Shown here piece after piece: positions 19,886 through 29,750 of a DNA stretch of 64,000 nucleotides; positions within the stretch are counted from its first letter, which is position 1, and each line of letters begins with the position of its first letter. Below the pieces are notes generated by a model. It ran no database searches. It worked only from the letters and a program-made list of their open reading frames with translations, and had not been told where the DNA came from. This DNA is from Myxococcota bacterium (GTDB lineage Bacteria > Myxococcota_A > SURF-8): contig OZ223209.1 of the NCBI GenBank assembly GCA_965140415.1, positions 5,696,001-5,760,000 on the forward strand, written 5' to 3'. A program made the translations under genes and the position numbers.

Positions 19886-21481
19886 ATGGAAGAAACCGTG
19901 CCGTCTTCTCGCAGCATCTATCCCTGGATGATCGCCGGTGCGCTGTTGTTGATCGGCAGCATTCCATACCTGTTTGCCTATTGGATGCAGGACGCACAGC
20001 ATCTTTTTTCCGGTTATCTTCATTTTCCCGAAGACATGGACAGCTACGCCGCTTTCGCCAACCAGGCGGCTCAGGGTCACTGGCTGTTCGTCAACCCCTA
20101 TGAGCTACAACCCCAAACCCCTTCTTATTTCAACCTGTTATGGCTCATCAGCGGCAAATGCCAGGGATTACTCGGTCTTTCATTTGGTGTCATCCTACAG
20201 GTAGTTCGGATCATCGGAGGGCTTGCTTTGATACTTGCCTGCTGGCGTCTGCTCGGTGATTTCCAAACGGAACCCGCCGCACGCAAACTGGGGTTAATAC
20301 TATTCGCATTTGCCTCCGGTTTTGGTGTCCTGCTGTTTTTGTTCCGACTTTCCGCACCGCCTCCCGATTTGTATACGGAACTGTTTCCCTTCATTCAAAC
20401 TGCCTTTGTACCGCATACCGCCTTGGCACATGCACTGTTACTGCTGGCTTTGTCATTCGCTTTGAGCGCCGAACGGGAACAGTCGCTTCGTCCAGCTCAG
20501 TTTGCAGGCGCGACGTTGGTACTTTTAGGTAGTTTCAGAGCCTATGACACAGCCGTCGGTTTTGTCATTCTGGGCGCTTTCGTTGCAATTCGAATTATAT
20601 TCGTTTCCGAAGACAGGCGTTCCCGCCTGTTGCGAGGCTTGTGGATGATCCTGCCCGCCCTGCTCCCCATCGGCTATGCCGCCTGGTTGACCCGCATGAC
20701 AACGGGCTTTTCGATCTGGAGTATGACCAATCATTACCCACCGCCGGATGTGTTCACCATGCTGTTGGGACTAGGCATTTTCGTTGCAGGAACGCTAGTC
20801 TGGCTGGTTTGGAAAGCGGTGGAAAAAAGCCGCTGGTCGATTGCCGAACAGTTACTGGGAATCTGGCTGCTGAGCGCTTGGATATTGATGTACTCCGGGC
20901 TTTTGCCCTGGGCCTGGCGCACCTGTGCGGCTTTCGCCACGCCGCATATTCTTGCAACGATTCTTGTGTTGGCCCGAATTCCGCAGCGCCCACTGAAAGT
21001 CGTATCGTGGATGCTTGTATTTGCAGTGGCTTTGCCAACCAGCGTGTTTGTCTGGCATCAGAAAATCGAACAGAGCCGCGAACAGTTCGTGTATTATTAC
21101 CAGCCACCGGAAACGATCGAGGCGCTGCAATGGATCGGGCGTGAGCGTCGGGGCGCACATGTACTGACGCATGGGCATATCGGACTGAAAGTGCCTGCTT
21201 ACGCCGATGCCTATTCGTTTTTAGGTCACAAGGATCTGACCGCCAATCTGGAAGAAAAACGAAACGCGACGGCGGATCTTTTCAGCGATAAGCTGACTGC
21301 TAAACAGGCATTGAAACTGCTGGAACTAAACAGAATCGATACGATTATATGGGGACCGCTGGACCGGCGAGAGTTCACTTTTTCGCCGGATCGATTGATG
21401 TGGCCCAAACTGTATGAGAACGGTCTTGTCACCATCTATGGCAAGCCACCGAGTAAAATCAATACGGGGAAAAATCCCTAA
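19886..21481 (+). CDS. Polytopic membrane protein, probable GT-C fold glycosyltransferase
   Basis: Many TM helices, an acidic EDMDSY motif in the first external loop, and a soluble C-terminal domain ending LYENGLVTIY. Confidence 0.6.
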   Translation: MEETVPSSRSIYPWMIAGALLLIGSIPYLFAYWMQDAQHLFSGYLHFPEDMDSYAAFANQAAQGHWLFVNPYELQPQTPSYFNLLWLISGKCQGLLGLSFGVILQVVRIIGGLALILACWRLLGDFQTEPAARKLGLILFAFASGFGVLLFLFRLSAPPPDLYTELFPFIQTAFVPHTALAHALLLLALSFALSAEREQSLRPAQFAGATLVLLGSFRAYDTAVGFVILGAFVAIRIIFVSEDRRSRLLRGLWMILPALLPIGYAAWLTRMTTGFSIWSMTNHYPPPDVFTMLLGLGIFVAGTLVWLVWKAVEKSRWSIAEQLLGIWLLSAWILMYSGLLPWAWRTCAAFATPHILATILVLARIPQRPLKVVSWMLVFAVALPTSVFVWHQKIEQSREQFVYYYQPPETIEALQWIGRERRGAHVLTHGHIGLKVPAYADAYSFLGHKDLTANLEEKRNATADLFSDKLTAKQALKLLELNRIDTIIWGPLDRREFTFSPDRLMWPKLYENGLVTIYGKPPSKINTGKNP

Positions 21482-21571
21482 CGAGCGGGATGTAAAAATC
21501 AGGTTTGCCAAACACCCTGTAGTTGGTGTATTTTATGAGATGAATCGACTCAGGGAAAAGACGATACACCC

Positions 21572-22276
21572 ATGAACGCAAACGATACCAATTCGCTCAG
21601 CACGGAAGATCTGAAACCGGTCGAACTGGAGGAATTTCAAGAGAAATTATCTCCACGAACCCAGGTGCGTGTTACGTTCGGAAAAGCGGCACGTAATAAA
21701 ACGCTGAATTCGATGGTGCTGGCTCACGACCAGGAGGTGTTCTGGATTGCAAGCTTGACATCGTTCAATTTGCCCAAACGCGGCAAAGTTACGGTGGCTT
21801 TCAGCACAAAAGAGCGACTTTACGAATTCAAAACGCGTTTGATCGGAGTCTTTGAGCATGAGTCTCAACCGGAACGAACGGCGCTGGCACTGGTGCGCCC
21901 GGAAAAATGGTCGAGTCTACAACGACGCGACGATTATCGAGCGAAAATTTCGGTAGCGATCGAGGTGGCATCGATGACCAACCCCGGCAATATTTACAAG
22001 GGATTGACGGTAGATGTATCCGCTTCGGGCATGATGGTTTCATTGGATGAAGTGTTACCGGAAGGGGAAGACCTGGAAGTTTCTTTCCGGTTTCCCAATG
22101 CCAAAGAAAACGAAGAACCGTTTGAAGAACGTGCGAAAGTGGTGCGTTCCGTCAAACCGCAGGTCCGTAGCCGTTTCGAGTTCAATTACGGATTACAGTT
22201 CACTGAGTTATCCGAACGTCATAAAGATCAACTCGCCCAATTCATCTGGGCGATGCAGAAACAGAAAGTCACCTAA
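21572..22276 (+). CDS. PilZ-domain c-di-GMP receptor (YcgR/MotI-like flagellar brake)
   Basis: QRRDDYR (RxxxR) and DVSASG (DxSxxG), preceded by a PilZN-like region. Confidence 0.88.
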   Translation: MNANDTNSLSTEDLKPVELEEFQEKLSPRTQVRVTFGKAARNKTLNSMVLAHDQEVFWIASLTSFNLPKRGKVTVAFSTKERLYEFKTRLIGVFEHESQPERTALALVRPEKWSSLQRRDDYRAKISVAIEVASMTNPGNIYKGLTVDVSASGMMVSLDEVLPEGEDLEVSFRFPNAKENEEPFEERAKVVRSVKPQVRSRFEFNYGLQFTELSERHKDQLAQFIWAMQKQKVT

Positions 22277-24615
22277 TGAGTCCCTGTGCCGGTTTGCGAT
22301 GGCCGAGTTGCCTGCTGCTGCTCATTGTTGTTCTCTTTGCCCAGGTTTCGCCGGTTTCCGCCGCGCGTGAGCCGGGAAAAAAGATAATCCTGATTCTCGA
22401 CGGCACCAGCCTTGCACGAGAAACCGACCCGAACGCGCAGTCATTTCAGGCTGCCCGCATGATTCTATCCCTGTTACCGCCCAAGTCTCGCGGCGGTGTG
22501 ATCCTTGCGGAAGAAAAACCTCAGATCCTCAGTTCGCTGACGAGATGGTCGGATCGCAAACTGTCCCGTTTGAAAAGCAAGCTGGACGGCTACCAGGCAC
22601 AGAGTCAGTTTGCGGATCTTTCCGGCGCGATTCGCAAAGCCGGTTCCATGTTCGGAAAACCCGATGGCGGCCAGCGCATCGTAATGTTGATTATCGCCTC
22701 TCCCTTGCCGGAGTATCCCAATCACAGTTTCGTTCAGGAGTTGCAGGATCAGCAAGTCGCCTTGCATATCGTGCAACTTGTCACCGAAGAAGTCTGGCCG
22801 GAATGGCGGCAGGCGGCGGCGGATACGGGGGGGTCGGTGCTGGGCTGTACCTTGGACGAAGACCTGCCCGAGTTCATGTTCAATCTTTACGTCGGTGCGA
22901 CCGATCCCCAGTTGATTCCATTGGATGCGGATACTTTCCAAGTGGATGAAGCGGTAAAGAACATGGTTATCGTTACCGTGCGTGATGAGGATAGCCAACC
23001 GGAAGTGGTTTCTCAAAAACGGGTGTTTGCATCCGACAAGCGCAAGCGAGGCAAAACCAAACGGGACCGTATCGCTCGCAACGATTTCGGTAAGCTGACA
23101 ACCATCAAAGTTTCGAACCCGACGGTGGGTCACTGGAAGGTCTCGGATGTAAACAAATCGAAAACGATGGTGTTGGTCGATACCGAAGTGACGCTGAACA
23201 CGATTTTACCCCGCTCGCAATACATCGAGAACGAGCACCTGACATTAACGGCCTACCTGGCGCGCTATGGCGAAATCTCCCCCCAGCGCAAAGAGGCACG
23301 TAATGTCGGCTTCATGGCGGAACTGTTCAATCCCAAAACCGGCGAATTAAGCATGGCAACCATGCGTGATGACGGAGAAACTCCCGACCGTCAGGCCGGT
23401 GATGGCATTTATTCGGGAAGCATTCCATTACAGGGTCACGTTGGACCTCATCTATTGCGCACGGTCGTGCGGCGCGGAAACCTGATGCGCAAGCAGATCG
23501 ATTACATCACCATCGAAGCGGGAACCTGGTACACCTTATTGGAACCACCCGGTCCAGCAGATCTCTCGCGTGACTTGCTATTGAGCATCGAATTGCATCC
23601 GGCGATCCCTTTGGACAACAGTTTGCGGGTTTTCGCCCAAATTCCTCCTCATGAAAAGGCGAAAATGACATCCTTGCCCAAAAATCCACGACGCTATGCC
23701 ATCATGGTGCTTCCTCCGGAAGAACCCAGCGAAATGAACTTGAAAATCACTCGCAGCGGAACGAATGTCCCCTTGGCTATTGACGAGCAAGGCTCGACAA
23801 CCAAACTAACCTTTATTTCACCGGATCAGGTTGGCGCCAAGGAGAAGGAAGGCAGCAGCACGATATACCTGCTGATTGTGTTTATCGTCGTTGCAGGAAT
23901 CGGTGGAGCTGCGATTCTGTACATTCAGAAACGCAAGCAGGCCGGAATGGAAGTGGAAGCGGAATTCGAACCGGAAGAAATGCCCGAGGAGATCACTCCA
24001 CTTTCAACCGAACCGGTGTCGGAAAATGATATCTTCGCCGAGGAATCGGAGGAAGAAGCACCGGAGCCTGCCACACCGGAAGAGGAAGCGGAACAAGAAG
24101 TGGTCACCAACCTGGGGGATCGCATCGAAGAGGTCTTCACAGCGCATGCCAGAGAAGCACATCATAGTGATTTCAAACGCCCCGAAACCGAGCAGGAAAA
24201 CCTGGATCGCGATTCCGATCCCGATTACGTCAGCGGCACCGGATTCGACGATCGCGACGAATGGGGTCAGATGATTTCAGAAATGAAAGACAGCACGATC
24301 AAAGAATCCGTTGAAGAAGAAGAAGAGATAGAAACAAACCAGGGTTTCTCGGATATGATGGGCTTTGCCAGTGGTCCCGAACCCCAATCCGATACACCCA
24401 CCGAAAAGGATTTCGACAATCTGGATTTCCGTGTGGCTGAACCTCAAGGAAGTTCGGATGATCGCCCCGACCACGACGGCAGCGAAACAGAGGAATTCAA
24501 GGCTCTATCAGGTGACGATTTGAGTGACCTGTTCGGATATGCCTACTCGCCCTCCAAAGACGGGGAAGAATCGAACGAAGAAGAAGACACGGAAAAAGAC
24601 GAACCGGAATACTGA
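22276..24615 (+). CDS. VWA-domain membrane protein (TIGR03503-like) with a very acidic cytoplasmic tail
   Basis: Signal peptide, degenerate MIDAS LDGTS...TDP, DDG...GDGIYSG motif, one TM helix, and a D/E-rich tail of about 230 aa. TAATG overlap with the PilZ gene. Confidence 0.7.
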   Translation: MSPCAGLRWPSCLLLLIVVLFAQVSPVSAAREPGKKIILILDGTSLARETDPNAQSFQAARMILSLLPPKSRGGVILAEEKPQILSSLTRWSDRKLSRLKSKLDGYQAQSQFADLSGAIRKAGSMFGKPDGGQRIVMLIIASPLPEYPNHSFVQELQDQQVALHIVQLVTEEVWPEWRQAAADTGGSVLGCTLDEDLPEFMFNLYVGATDPQLIPLDADTFQVDEAVKNMVIVTVRDEDSQPEVVSQKRVFASDKRKRGKTKRDRIARNDFGKLTTIKVSNPTVGHWKVSDVNKSKTMVLVDTEVTLNTILPRSQYIENEHLTLTAYLARYGEISPQRKEARNVGFMAELFNPKTGELSMATMRDDGETPDRQAGDGIYSGSIPLQGHVGPHLLRTVVRRGNLMRKQIDYITIEAGTWYTLLEPPGPADLSRDLLLSIELHPAIPLDNSLRVFAQIPPHEKAKMTSLPKNPRRYAIMVLPPEEPSEMNLKITRSGTNVPLAIDEQGSTTKLTFISPDQVGAKEKEGSSTIYLLIVFIVVAGIGGAAILYIQKRKQAGMEVEAEFEPEEMPEEITPLSTEPVSENDIFAEESEEEAPEPATPEEEAEQEVVTNLGDRIEEVFTAHAREAHHSDFKRPETEQENLDRDSDPDYVSGTGFDDRDEWGQMISEMKDSTIKESVEEEEEIETNQGFSDMMGFASGPEPQSDTPTEKDFDNLDFRVAEPQGSSDDRPDHDGSETEEFKALSGDDLSDLFGYAYSPSKDGEESNEEEDTEKDEPEY

Positions 24616-24904
24616 CACCTACAACATATCACACTGTAATAACTAATCTATTTAGAAACGCCAATCTCTCTCTAACTGCCGTATAAACCGGCTGTACAGT
24701 TGGCTTTTTGACGCTATTGGGTGAACAACAGGGAAAAACATGCCCAGGACGTCGGAAAAATGTCACCTGTGCCTTTTCGCCCATTAATATAGAACGATGC
24801 CAGTCAAAGGCTTGACCTTGGCCTGGTGTAACAAACTTTATACTTATCTTTATCCTGTTGCAATAACTACGAAATTCATTTCAAGCAATGAAAATCGTCG
24901 TCTC

Positions 24905-24920
24905 TGGCATGACCCTTGCT
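24905..24920 (+). promoter_or_regulatory. sigma54 (-24/-12) promoter for the TPR-activator operon
   Basis: TGGCATGACCCTTGCT; GG-N10-GC. Confidence 0.8.
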
Positions 24921-24956
24921 TTCTTGTTGCCGCAGTGACAGATTAGCGAGGATAAG

Positions 24957-27335
24957 ATGCTACGTCGTTTGATCACAATAAGCTTTGGATTCGGGTTGTT
25001 GCTGCTGCTGTCTTCCCAGCTTTGGGCGGCTGCGGATTACGCCACAATCACAATTCAGATCGAGCGACGCTCTCACTACACGTTGACTCCCGGTGAAAAC
25101 ACCAGCGAACTGGTGCTTTCGATGAAGCAATATCCGGCGGATCTGGTGGAACAACTGAAAAGCCAGTTCAACGACAACTTCGTGGCGGTTAAAGTTACCT
25201 ATCAGGATGAGCAGCAGATCGCCGTCAAATTGATTCTGATCCCCAAAGATTTCCGCTACAGCCACCTGCGCAAGGTTTCGCCGCAACAACTAGTGATCGT
25301 CATTTCTCCACCGACGAGTGACGACGAACAGGCGAGCCGAAAAGAAGAAATCCCCGTCTTGCCGATGTGGGAAATGCTGGAAGATTCGACCATCCTGCTG
25401 CCCTACATGAATTATGCGGAAGCGGTCGATGCCACTACCGGCGACACGGCATATCTGAATGCCATTAAATTGTTCAATATCGCCGCCGATGACGCCGCAC
25501 TGCAACTGATCGACAAATCACTGGCGACCGAAAAAGGAGAGTTGCGTCAGTATTTCCAGATGATGAAAGGGGACATCCTTTTCAAGCACGCTGTCAGCAA
25601 TCCGGCGCATATCGAAAAGGCACGCCGCCAGTTGGCCAGCTTGGATCAGGACGACACCGATGAGTTCATTCGCAGTCGGGCGAGACTGATGCTGGGTTAC
25701 TGCGCACTACTATCCAAACTTCCGCGCCAGGCGATGCGGGTTTTCGATGAAGGATTGAATGAGAGACGTCAACACAAAGCGTTTTTCATGATGGGCTTGT
25801 TGGAAGTGGCATTGAAGCAAGATCGTTATGCCGACGCCCAAAAGCTGATCACCGCGCTTTCCCGCATGGAAAACCTGCCGGAACCATTGCTGAGCAAGCT
25901 CTGCTTCGCCGGTATGATCCTGCTTTCTCGTCGCGGAGAAGTCCGTTTTGCCAACGATGCCGCAGATCGCTGCGCAGCCGGATCGGAAAACACACGCTTT
26001 TCAGCGGATCAAATGATGGCATTAGCGGAAACGCGGTTGTTGTCCAATCGTTTCGGTGAAGCCAAAGCGCTGTTGCGACAAGTCATTAACGATTATCCCA
26101 ACCACGCCAAGCTGCCATTGGCGGAAATGCGCCTGGGTGATGTGCTGGTGTATGAACGACGTTTCGAGGAAGCTCGGCAGCAGTATGAAAGCGTGATCAA
26201 TCGTCATCCGCTTGGCGCGTTCACTCGCCTGGCCGGATTGAAAATTACGGAACTGGATGAGCAGCGCGAGGGACGTCCTTTCCCGGAATTGCAATACAAA
26301 GCACTTGATCTGCACCACGAACCCGAGCCGGTGGATCGTGAATCCAAGTTGCGCCTGATGTGGGCCATGGATACCGCCGGTCGCAATGCGGAAGCGTACA
26401 ACTACCTGGTGGACTTGATCCGACGTTACCAGGGAATGCGCTACTGGGCGTTCCAGCCACGCCGCTTCAGTCAGATCGTAATGCGCGTGTATGACGCCTA
26501 CAAAAAAGCGGGTGACAACCTGAGCTTGATCAGCCTGTATCAGTCCCACATGGAATTCCCGCTGATGGAAGAAGACCGTGATCGCATCGCTATGATGGTG
26601 GCGGATGCGTACGGGGCCATCGAGCATCAGGAAGAAGCCGTCAAAGTGTATCTGGAAGCCCTGGAACGTCGCGGACGAGAAGTACAGGGCGAACGAGATA
26701 TTCTGCTGTCACTGACCAACTCCTACATCCTGATGGACGACGCCTACCGCGCAGCCAAGACCCAAGAGTATTTCAACAGCAAATTCAAAGAGATGGAAGA
26801 CCATCGCGTCTACCACATGATGATGGGTGAAATCGAGCAGATGCGCGGCAACGACGCGGCCAGCATTTCCCATTATGAAAAAGCCATGGATTACATTATC
26901 GACCCGGTGGAAAAGCGGCATCTGTCGCTGATCATCGCACGGGTTATTTACCAGCAGAAGCAGTATAAGCGCGCCATCACGATTCTTTCGCCGGTGCTCA
27001 ACCTGCTGCTGGATGAAAACGTCATCGTCGAGCGCAAACCGATTTCCTACGATGTACGCAATGCGATTTTCAACCTCGCCGACTGCTATTACATGCTGGG
27101 CAATTACGAACAGGCACTGCGCGTTTACCGACGCGCTACGCTTCTGTTTCCCGAAGATTCTCGGGTTCCCATCGCCTATTACTTTGCGGCGAAATCCAGT
27201 GAAAAACTCGGCTCGATTGATGAAGCCGTTGATTTTTATAACAAAATAGCCGCCATGCCCGACGCCAGCTGGAAACAGATCGGCGAAATGCAGGCACAGA
27301 CTTTAAGCTGGATTCAGAAGCATAATCTTAAATAG
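24957..27335 (+). CDS. Exported TPR-repeat protein associated with the flagellar cluster (PflA-like architecture)
   Basis: Signal peptide, a beta-rich N-terminal domain and many TPR-like helices (e.g. AIFNLADCYYMLGNYEQALRVY). Confidence 0.8.
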   Translation: MLRRLITISFGFGLLLLLSSQLWAAADYATITIQIERRSHYTLTPGENTSELVLSMKQYPADLVEQLKSQFNDNFVAVKVTYQDEQQIAVKLILIPKDFRYSHLRKVSPQQLVIVISPPTSDDEQASRKEEIPVLPMWEMLEDSTILLPYMNYAEAVDATTGDTAYLNAIKLFNIAADDAALQLIDKSLATEKGELRQYFQMMKGDILFKHAVSNPAHIEKARRQLASLDQDDTDEFIRSRARLMLGYCALLSKLPRQAMRVFDEGLNERRQHKAFFMMGLLEVALKQDRYADAQKLITALSRMENLPEPLLSKLCFAGMILLSRRGEVRFANDAADRCAAGSENTRFSADQMMALAETRLLSNRFGEAKALLRQVINDYPNHAKLPLAEMRLGDVLVYERRFEEARQQYESVINRHPLGAFTRLAGLKITELDEQREGRPFPELQYKALDLHHEPEPVDRESKLRLMWAMDTAGRNAEAYNYLVDLIRRYQGMRYWAFQPRRFSQIVMRVYDAYKKAGDNLSLISLYQSHMEFPLMEEDRDRIAMMVADAYGAIEHQEEAVKVYLEALERRGREVQGERDILLSLTNSYILMDDAYRAAKTQEYFNSKFKEMEDHRVYHMMMGEIEQMRGNDAASISHYEKAMDYIIDPVEKRHLSLIIARVIYQQKQYKRAITILSPVLNLLLDENVIVERKPISYDVRNAIFNLADCYYMLGNYEQALRVYRRATLLFPEDSRVPIAYYFAAKSSEKLGSIDEAVDFYNKIAAMPDASWKQIGEMQAQTLSWIQKHNLK

Positions 27336-27350
27336 TTCCGGAGAAAGCTC

Positions 27351-28373
27351 ATGAACCTTCAAGACGATTTAGCCAGAGCCTATTCCTCTTCCGAAATGCC
27401 CGAACCCGGAGAGTTCGCCATCTCCCGCCCGGACATTCTGACCCGTAATCCGAAGATGGAAACCATGCTGAAAATGGCGGAAGTCGTTGCCCTGCACCGC
27501 ACGCCGGTGCTGATCGAGGGAGAAAGCGGAACGGGCAAAGAACTTCTGGCACGCTACATCCACAGCCATTCCGATCGCAAAAACGGTCCCTTCGTGGCGG
27601 TCAACTGCGCTGCGATTCCGGAAACGCTACTGGAAAGCGAGCTGTTCGGATATGAAAAAGGCGCGTTCACCGGCGCTCAGAACGGACGTCAGGGTAAATT
27701 CGAACAGGCCGACGGCGGCACCATCCTGCTGGACGAAATCGGCGAGTTGGCTCCGTCGTTGCAGGTCAAGCTGCTGCGCGTTTTGCAGGAATACGAAGTG
27801 GACCGACTCGGCGGACGGCAGTCGATTCCGGTGAATGTGCGCATCATCGCCACCACCAACCGCAGCCTGAAAAAGCTCGTCGCCAAAGGTGGTTTCCGCG
27901 AAGATCTGTATTTCCGCATCAACGTGTTCCCGCTGCGTCTGATTCCGTTACGCGAACGGGTGGAAGACATGCGCGTGCTGGTGCCGCATTTCATCTGCAA
28001 ATACAACAGCGACACGGTCAAGGAAGTGGACCCGGAAGTCTACGAAATGATGGGTCGCTATCCCTGGCGTGGCAATATCCGCGAAATGGAAAACGTGGTT
28101 GCCCGTGCGGTGGTGCTCTCTTATAACTCCCCGCGCATCACGGCGGAACACATCATTTTCGAAGGTATCATCGAAGATGACGAGGAAGACGATGTCATCC
28201 CCAGCGGCATCACCCTGCGTGAGATGGAAAAGCGTTTGATTCTGAAGACGCTCTCCGATCAGGACGGCAACCGTACCCATGCCTCCAAAGTGCTCGATAT
28301 CAGCGTACGTACCCTGCGAAACAAGTTGGCGGAATACCGTCGCAACGGAGAATTGACGATTTCCCTGGCCTAA
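27351..28373 (+). CDS. sigma54-dependent enhancer-binding protein (flagellar activator) without an N-terminal sensory domain
   Basis: [28 protein letters not shown] and a Fis-type HTH ([21 protein letters not shown]). Confidence 0.95.
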   Translation: MNLQDDLARAYSSSEMPEPGEFAISRPDILTRNPKMETMLKMAEVVALHRTPVLIEGESGTGKELLARYIHSHSDRKNGPFVAVNCAAIPETLLESELFGYEKGAFTGAQNGRQGKFEQADGGTILLDEIGELAPSLQVKLLRVLQEYEVDRLGGRQSIPVNVRIIATTNRSLKKLVAKGGFREDLYFRINVFPLRLIPLRERVEDMRVLVPHFICKYNSDTVKEVDPEVYEMMGRYPWRGNIREMENVVARAVVLSYNSPRITAEHIIFEGIIEDDEEDDVIPSGITLREMEKRLILKTLSDQDGNRTHASKVLDISVRTLRNKLAEYRRNGELTISLA

Positions 28374-28388
28374 GCAAGAGCCAAACCG

Positions 28389-28443
28389 GGCAATAGTTGC
28401 CGACAGACGGGCAGAAAGTTCCGCTCCATCGGCAAAAACGACC
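28389..28443. promoter_or_regulatory. Three phased candidate activator-binding sites
   Basis: GGCAATAGTTGCC (28389), GGCAGAAAGTTCC (28410), GGCAAAAACGACC (28431), exactly 21 bp apart. Confidence 0.55.
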
Positions 28444-28487
28444 CGGAAAGGCGGATTTCCCCAATGAGTAGCGAGTCGATGAAGAGT

Positions 28488-28503
28488 TGGTCCGAATGTT
28501 GCA
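28488..28503 (+). promoter_or_regulatory. sigma54 promoter of the flgB operon
   Basis: TGGTCCGAATGTTGCA; GG-N10-GC, about 50 nt before flgB. Confidence 0.7.
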
Positions 28504-28553
28504 ATAAACCTGTGGTCGTGAATAGGTGCTTTGGTTTTTGACAGGATTTTGAC

Positions 28554-28952
28554 ATGAGACTATTTGATATCACAGTCGATGCCCTAGAGAAAAATATGGA
28601 CCTGCGCTTGCAGCGCCAGGCCTATATTAATGCCAACATCGCCAATGCCGACACACCCGGTTACCTGCCTGTGGACTTGAAGTTCGAAGACGAACTGATG
28701 AGTTTCCTCGGTCAGAACGAAGACAAGATGGACACGACGAACAACAAGCACATGGGTGGGCGGATCGATGTCAGCGAAGTACAGGGCGAGTTGATCGAAC
28801 AGGCCGGCGAAATGAGCCCGGACGGCAATGCGGTCGATCTGGACCGACAGATGGCCGAACTGGGGAACAACTCGTTCAACTATCGCATGTCGGCCAAGGT
28901 CGTCAACAAGCAGTTAGCCCTGCTCAAGTACGTGATTACACAAACGAGGTAA
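28554..28952 (+). CDS. flgB: Flagellar basal-body rod protein FlgB
   Basis: NIANADTPGY, DGNAVDLD. Confidence 0.96.
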   Translation: MRLFDITVDALEKNMDLRLQRQAYINANIANADTPGYLPVDLKFEDELMSFLGQNEDKMDTTNNKHMGGRIDVSEVQGELIEQAGEMSPDGNAVDLDRQMAELGNNSFNYRMSAKVVNKQLALLKYVITQTR

Positions 28953-28956
28953 GACC

Positions 28957-29388
28957 ATGGACTTCCAAGACGCAATCAGAATCGCATCCAGTGGAATGTC
29001 GGCCCAGCGCTTCCGGCTGAATATGATCTCCTCCAATCTGGCCAACGCCAACACCACGCGTGCCGAAGGCGGCGGTCCGTACCGGCGCAAAGACGCCGTT
29101 TTCCAGACCATGCAGGTCGGCAACAGTTTCGACCAGATCATGTCGGAAGTGGAAGAAGAACACATGCGCGGCGTGCGCGTGCAGGATGTAAAACAGTCCG
29201 ATAAGTTCCGTTCGGTCTTCGATCCCACGCATCCCGATGCCAATAACGAAGGTTACGTGCAGATGCCGGATGTCAACGTGGTCACGGAAATGGTGGACAT
29301 GTTGCAGGCCACGCGAACCTACGACGCCAACGTGCAGGCCGTTAAAGCACTAAAGGCCATGGCCGCCCAGGCCTTGCAGATCGGCTAA
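28957..29388 (+). CDS. flgC: Flagellar basal-body rod protein FlgC
   Basis: SNLANANTTR, GPYRRK, DPTHPDA...GYVQMPDVN. Confidence 0.97.
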   Translation: MDFQDAIRIASSGMSAQRFRLNMISSNLANANTTRAEGGGPYRRKDAVFQTMQVGNSFDQIMSEVEEEHMRGVRVQDVKQSDKFRSVFDPTHPDANNEGYVQMPDVNVVTEMVDMLQATRTYDANVQAVKALKAMAAQALQIG

Positions 29389-29402
29389 CGAGGTAATCGA
29401 TC

Positions 29403-29723
29403 ATGGAACGCATCAGCCTTAGTCCGCAAGCGATGAAGCTTCAGAATCTCTACAAGCAGAACTCGGCCAAAATGACCGAGAACGTTGCAGAGACGAAAAG
29501 CAGCAAATCCTTCGGAGAATTTTTAACCGAGTCCGTACAGGAAGCCAACAGCAGCCAGGTCCAGGCCGATCAATCGATCACCGATTTCTTAGGCGGCAAG
29601 GGCGTGGGTGTACATGAAACGATGCTGGCCGTGGAAAAAGCGGAAATCAGCATGAAACTGTTGTTGCAGGTGCGCAATAAGGCAGTTGAAGCGTATCGCG
29701 AAATCATGAAAATGCAGGTTTAG
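29403..29723 (+). CDS. fliE: Hook-basal body protein FliE
   Basis: HETMLAVEKA...QVRNKAVEAYREIMKMQV. Confidence 0.96.
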   Translation: MERISLSPQAMKLQNLYKQNSAKMTENVAETKSSKSFGEFLTESVQEANSSQVQADQSITDFLGGKGVGVHETMLAVEKAEISMKLLLQVRNKAVEAYREIMKMQV

Positions 29724-29750
29724 GTTTAAACACGAACGGCAAGGTGAATC

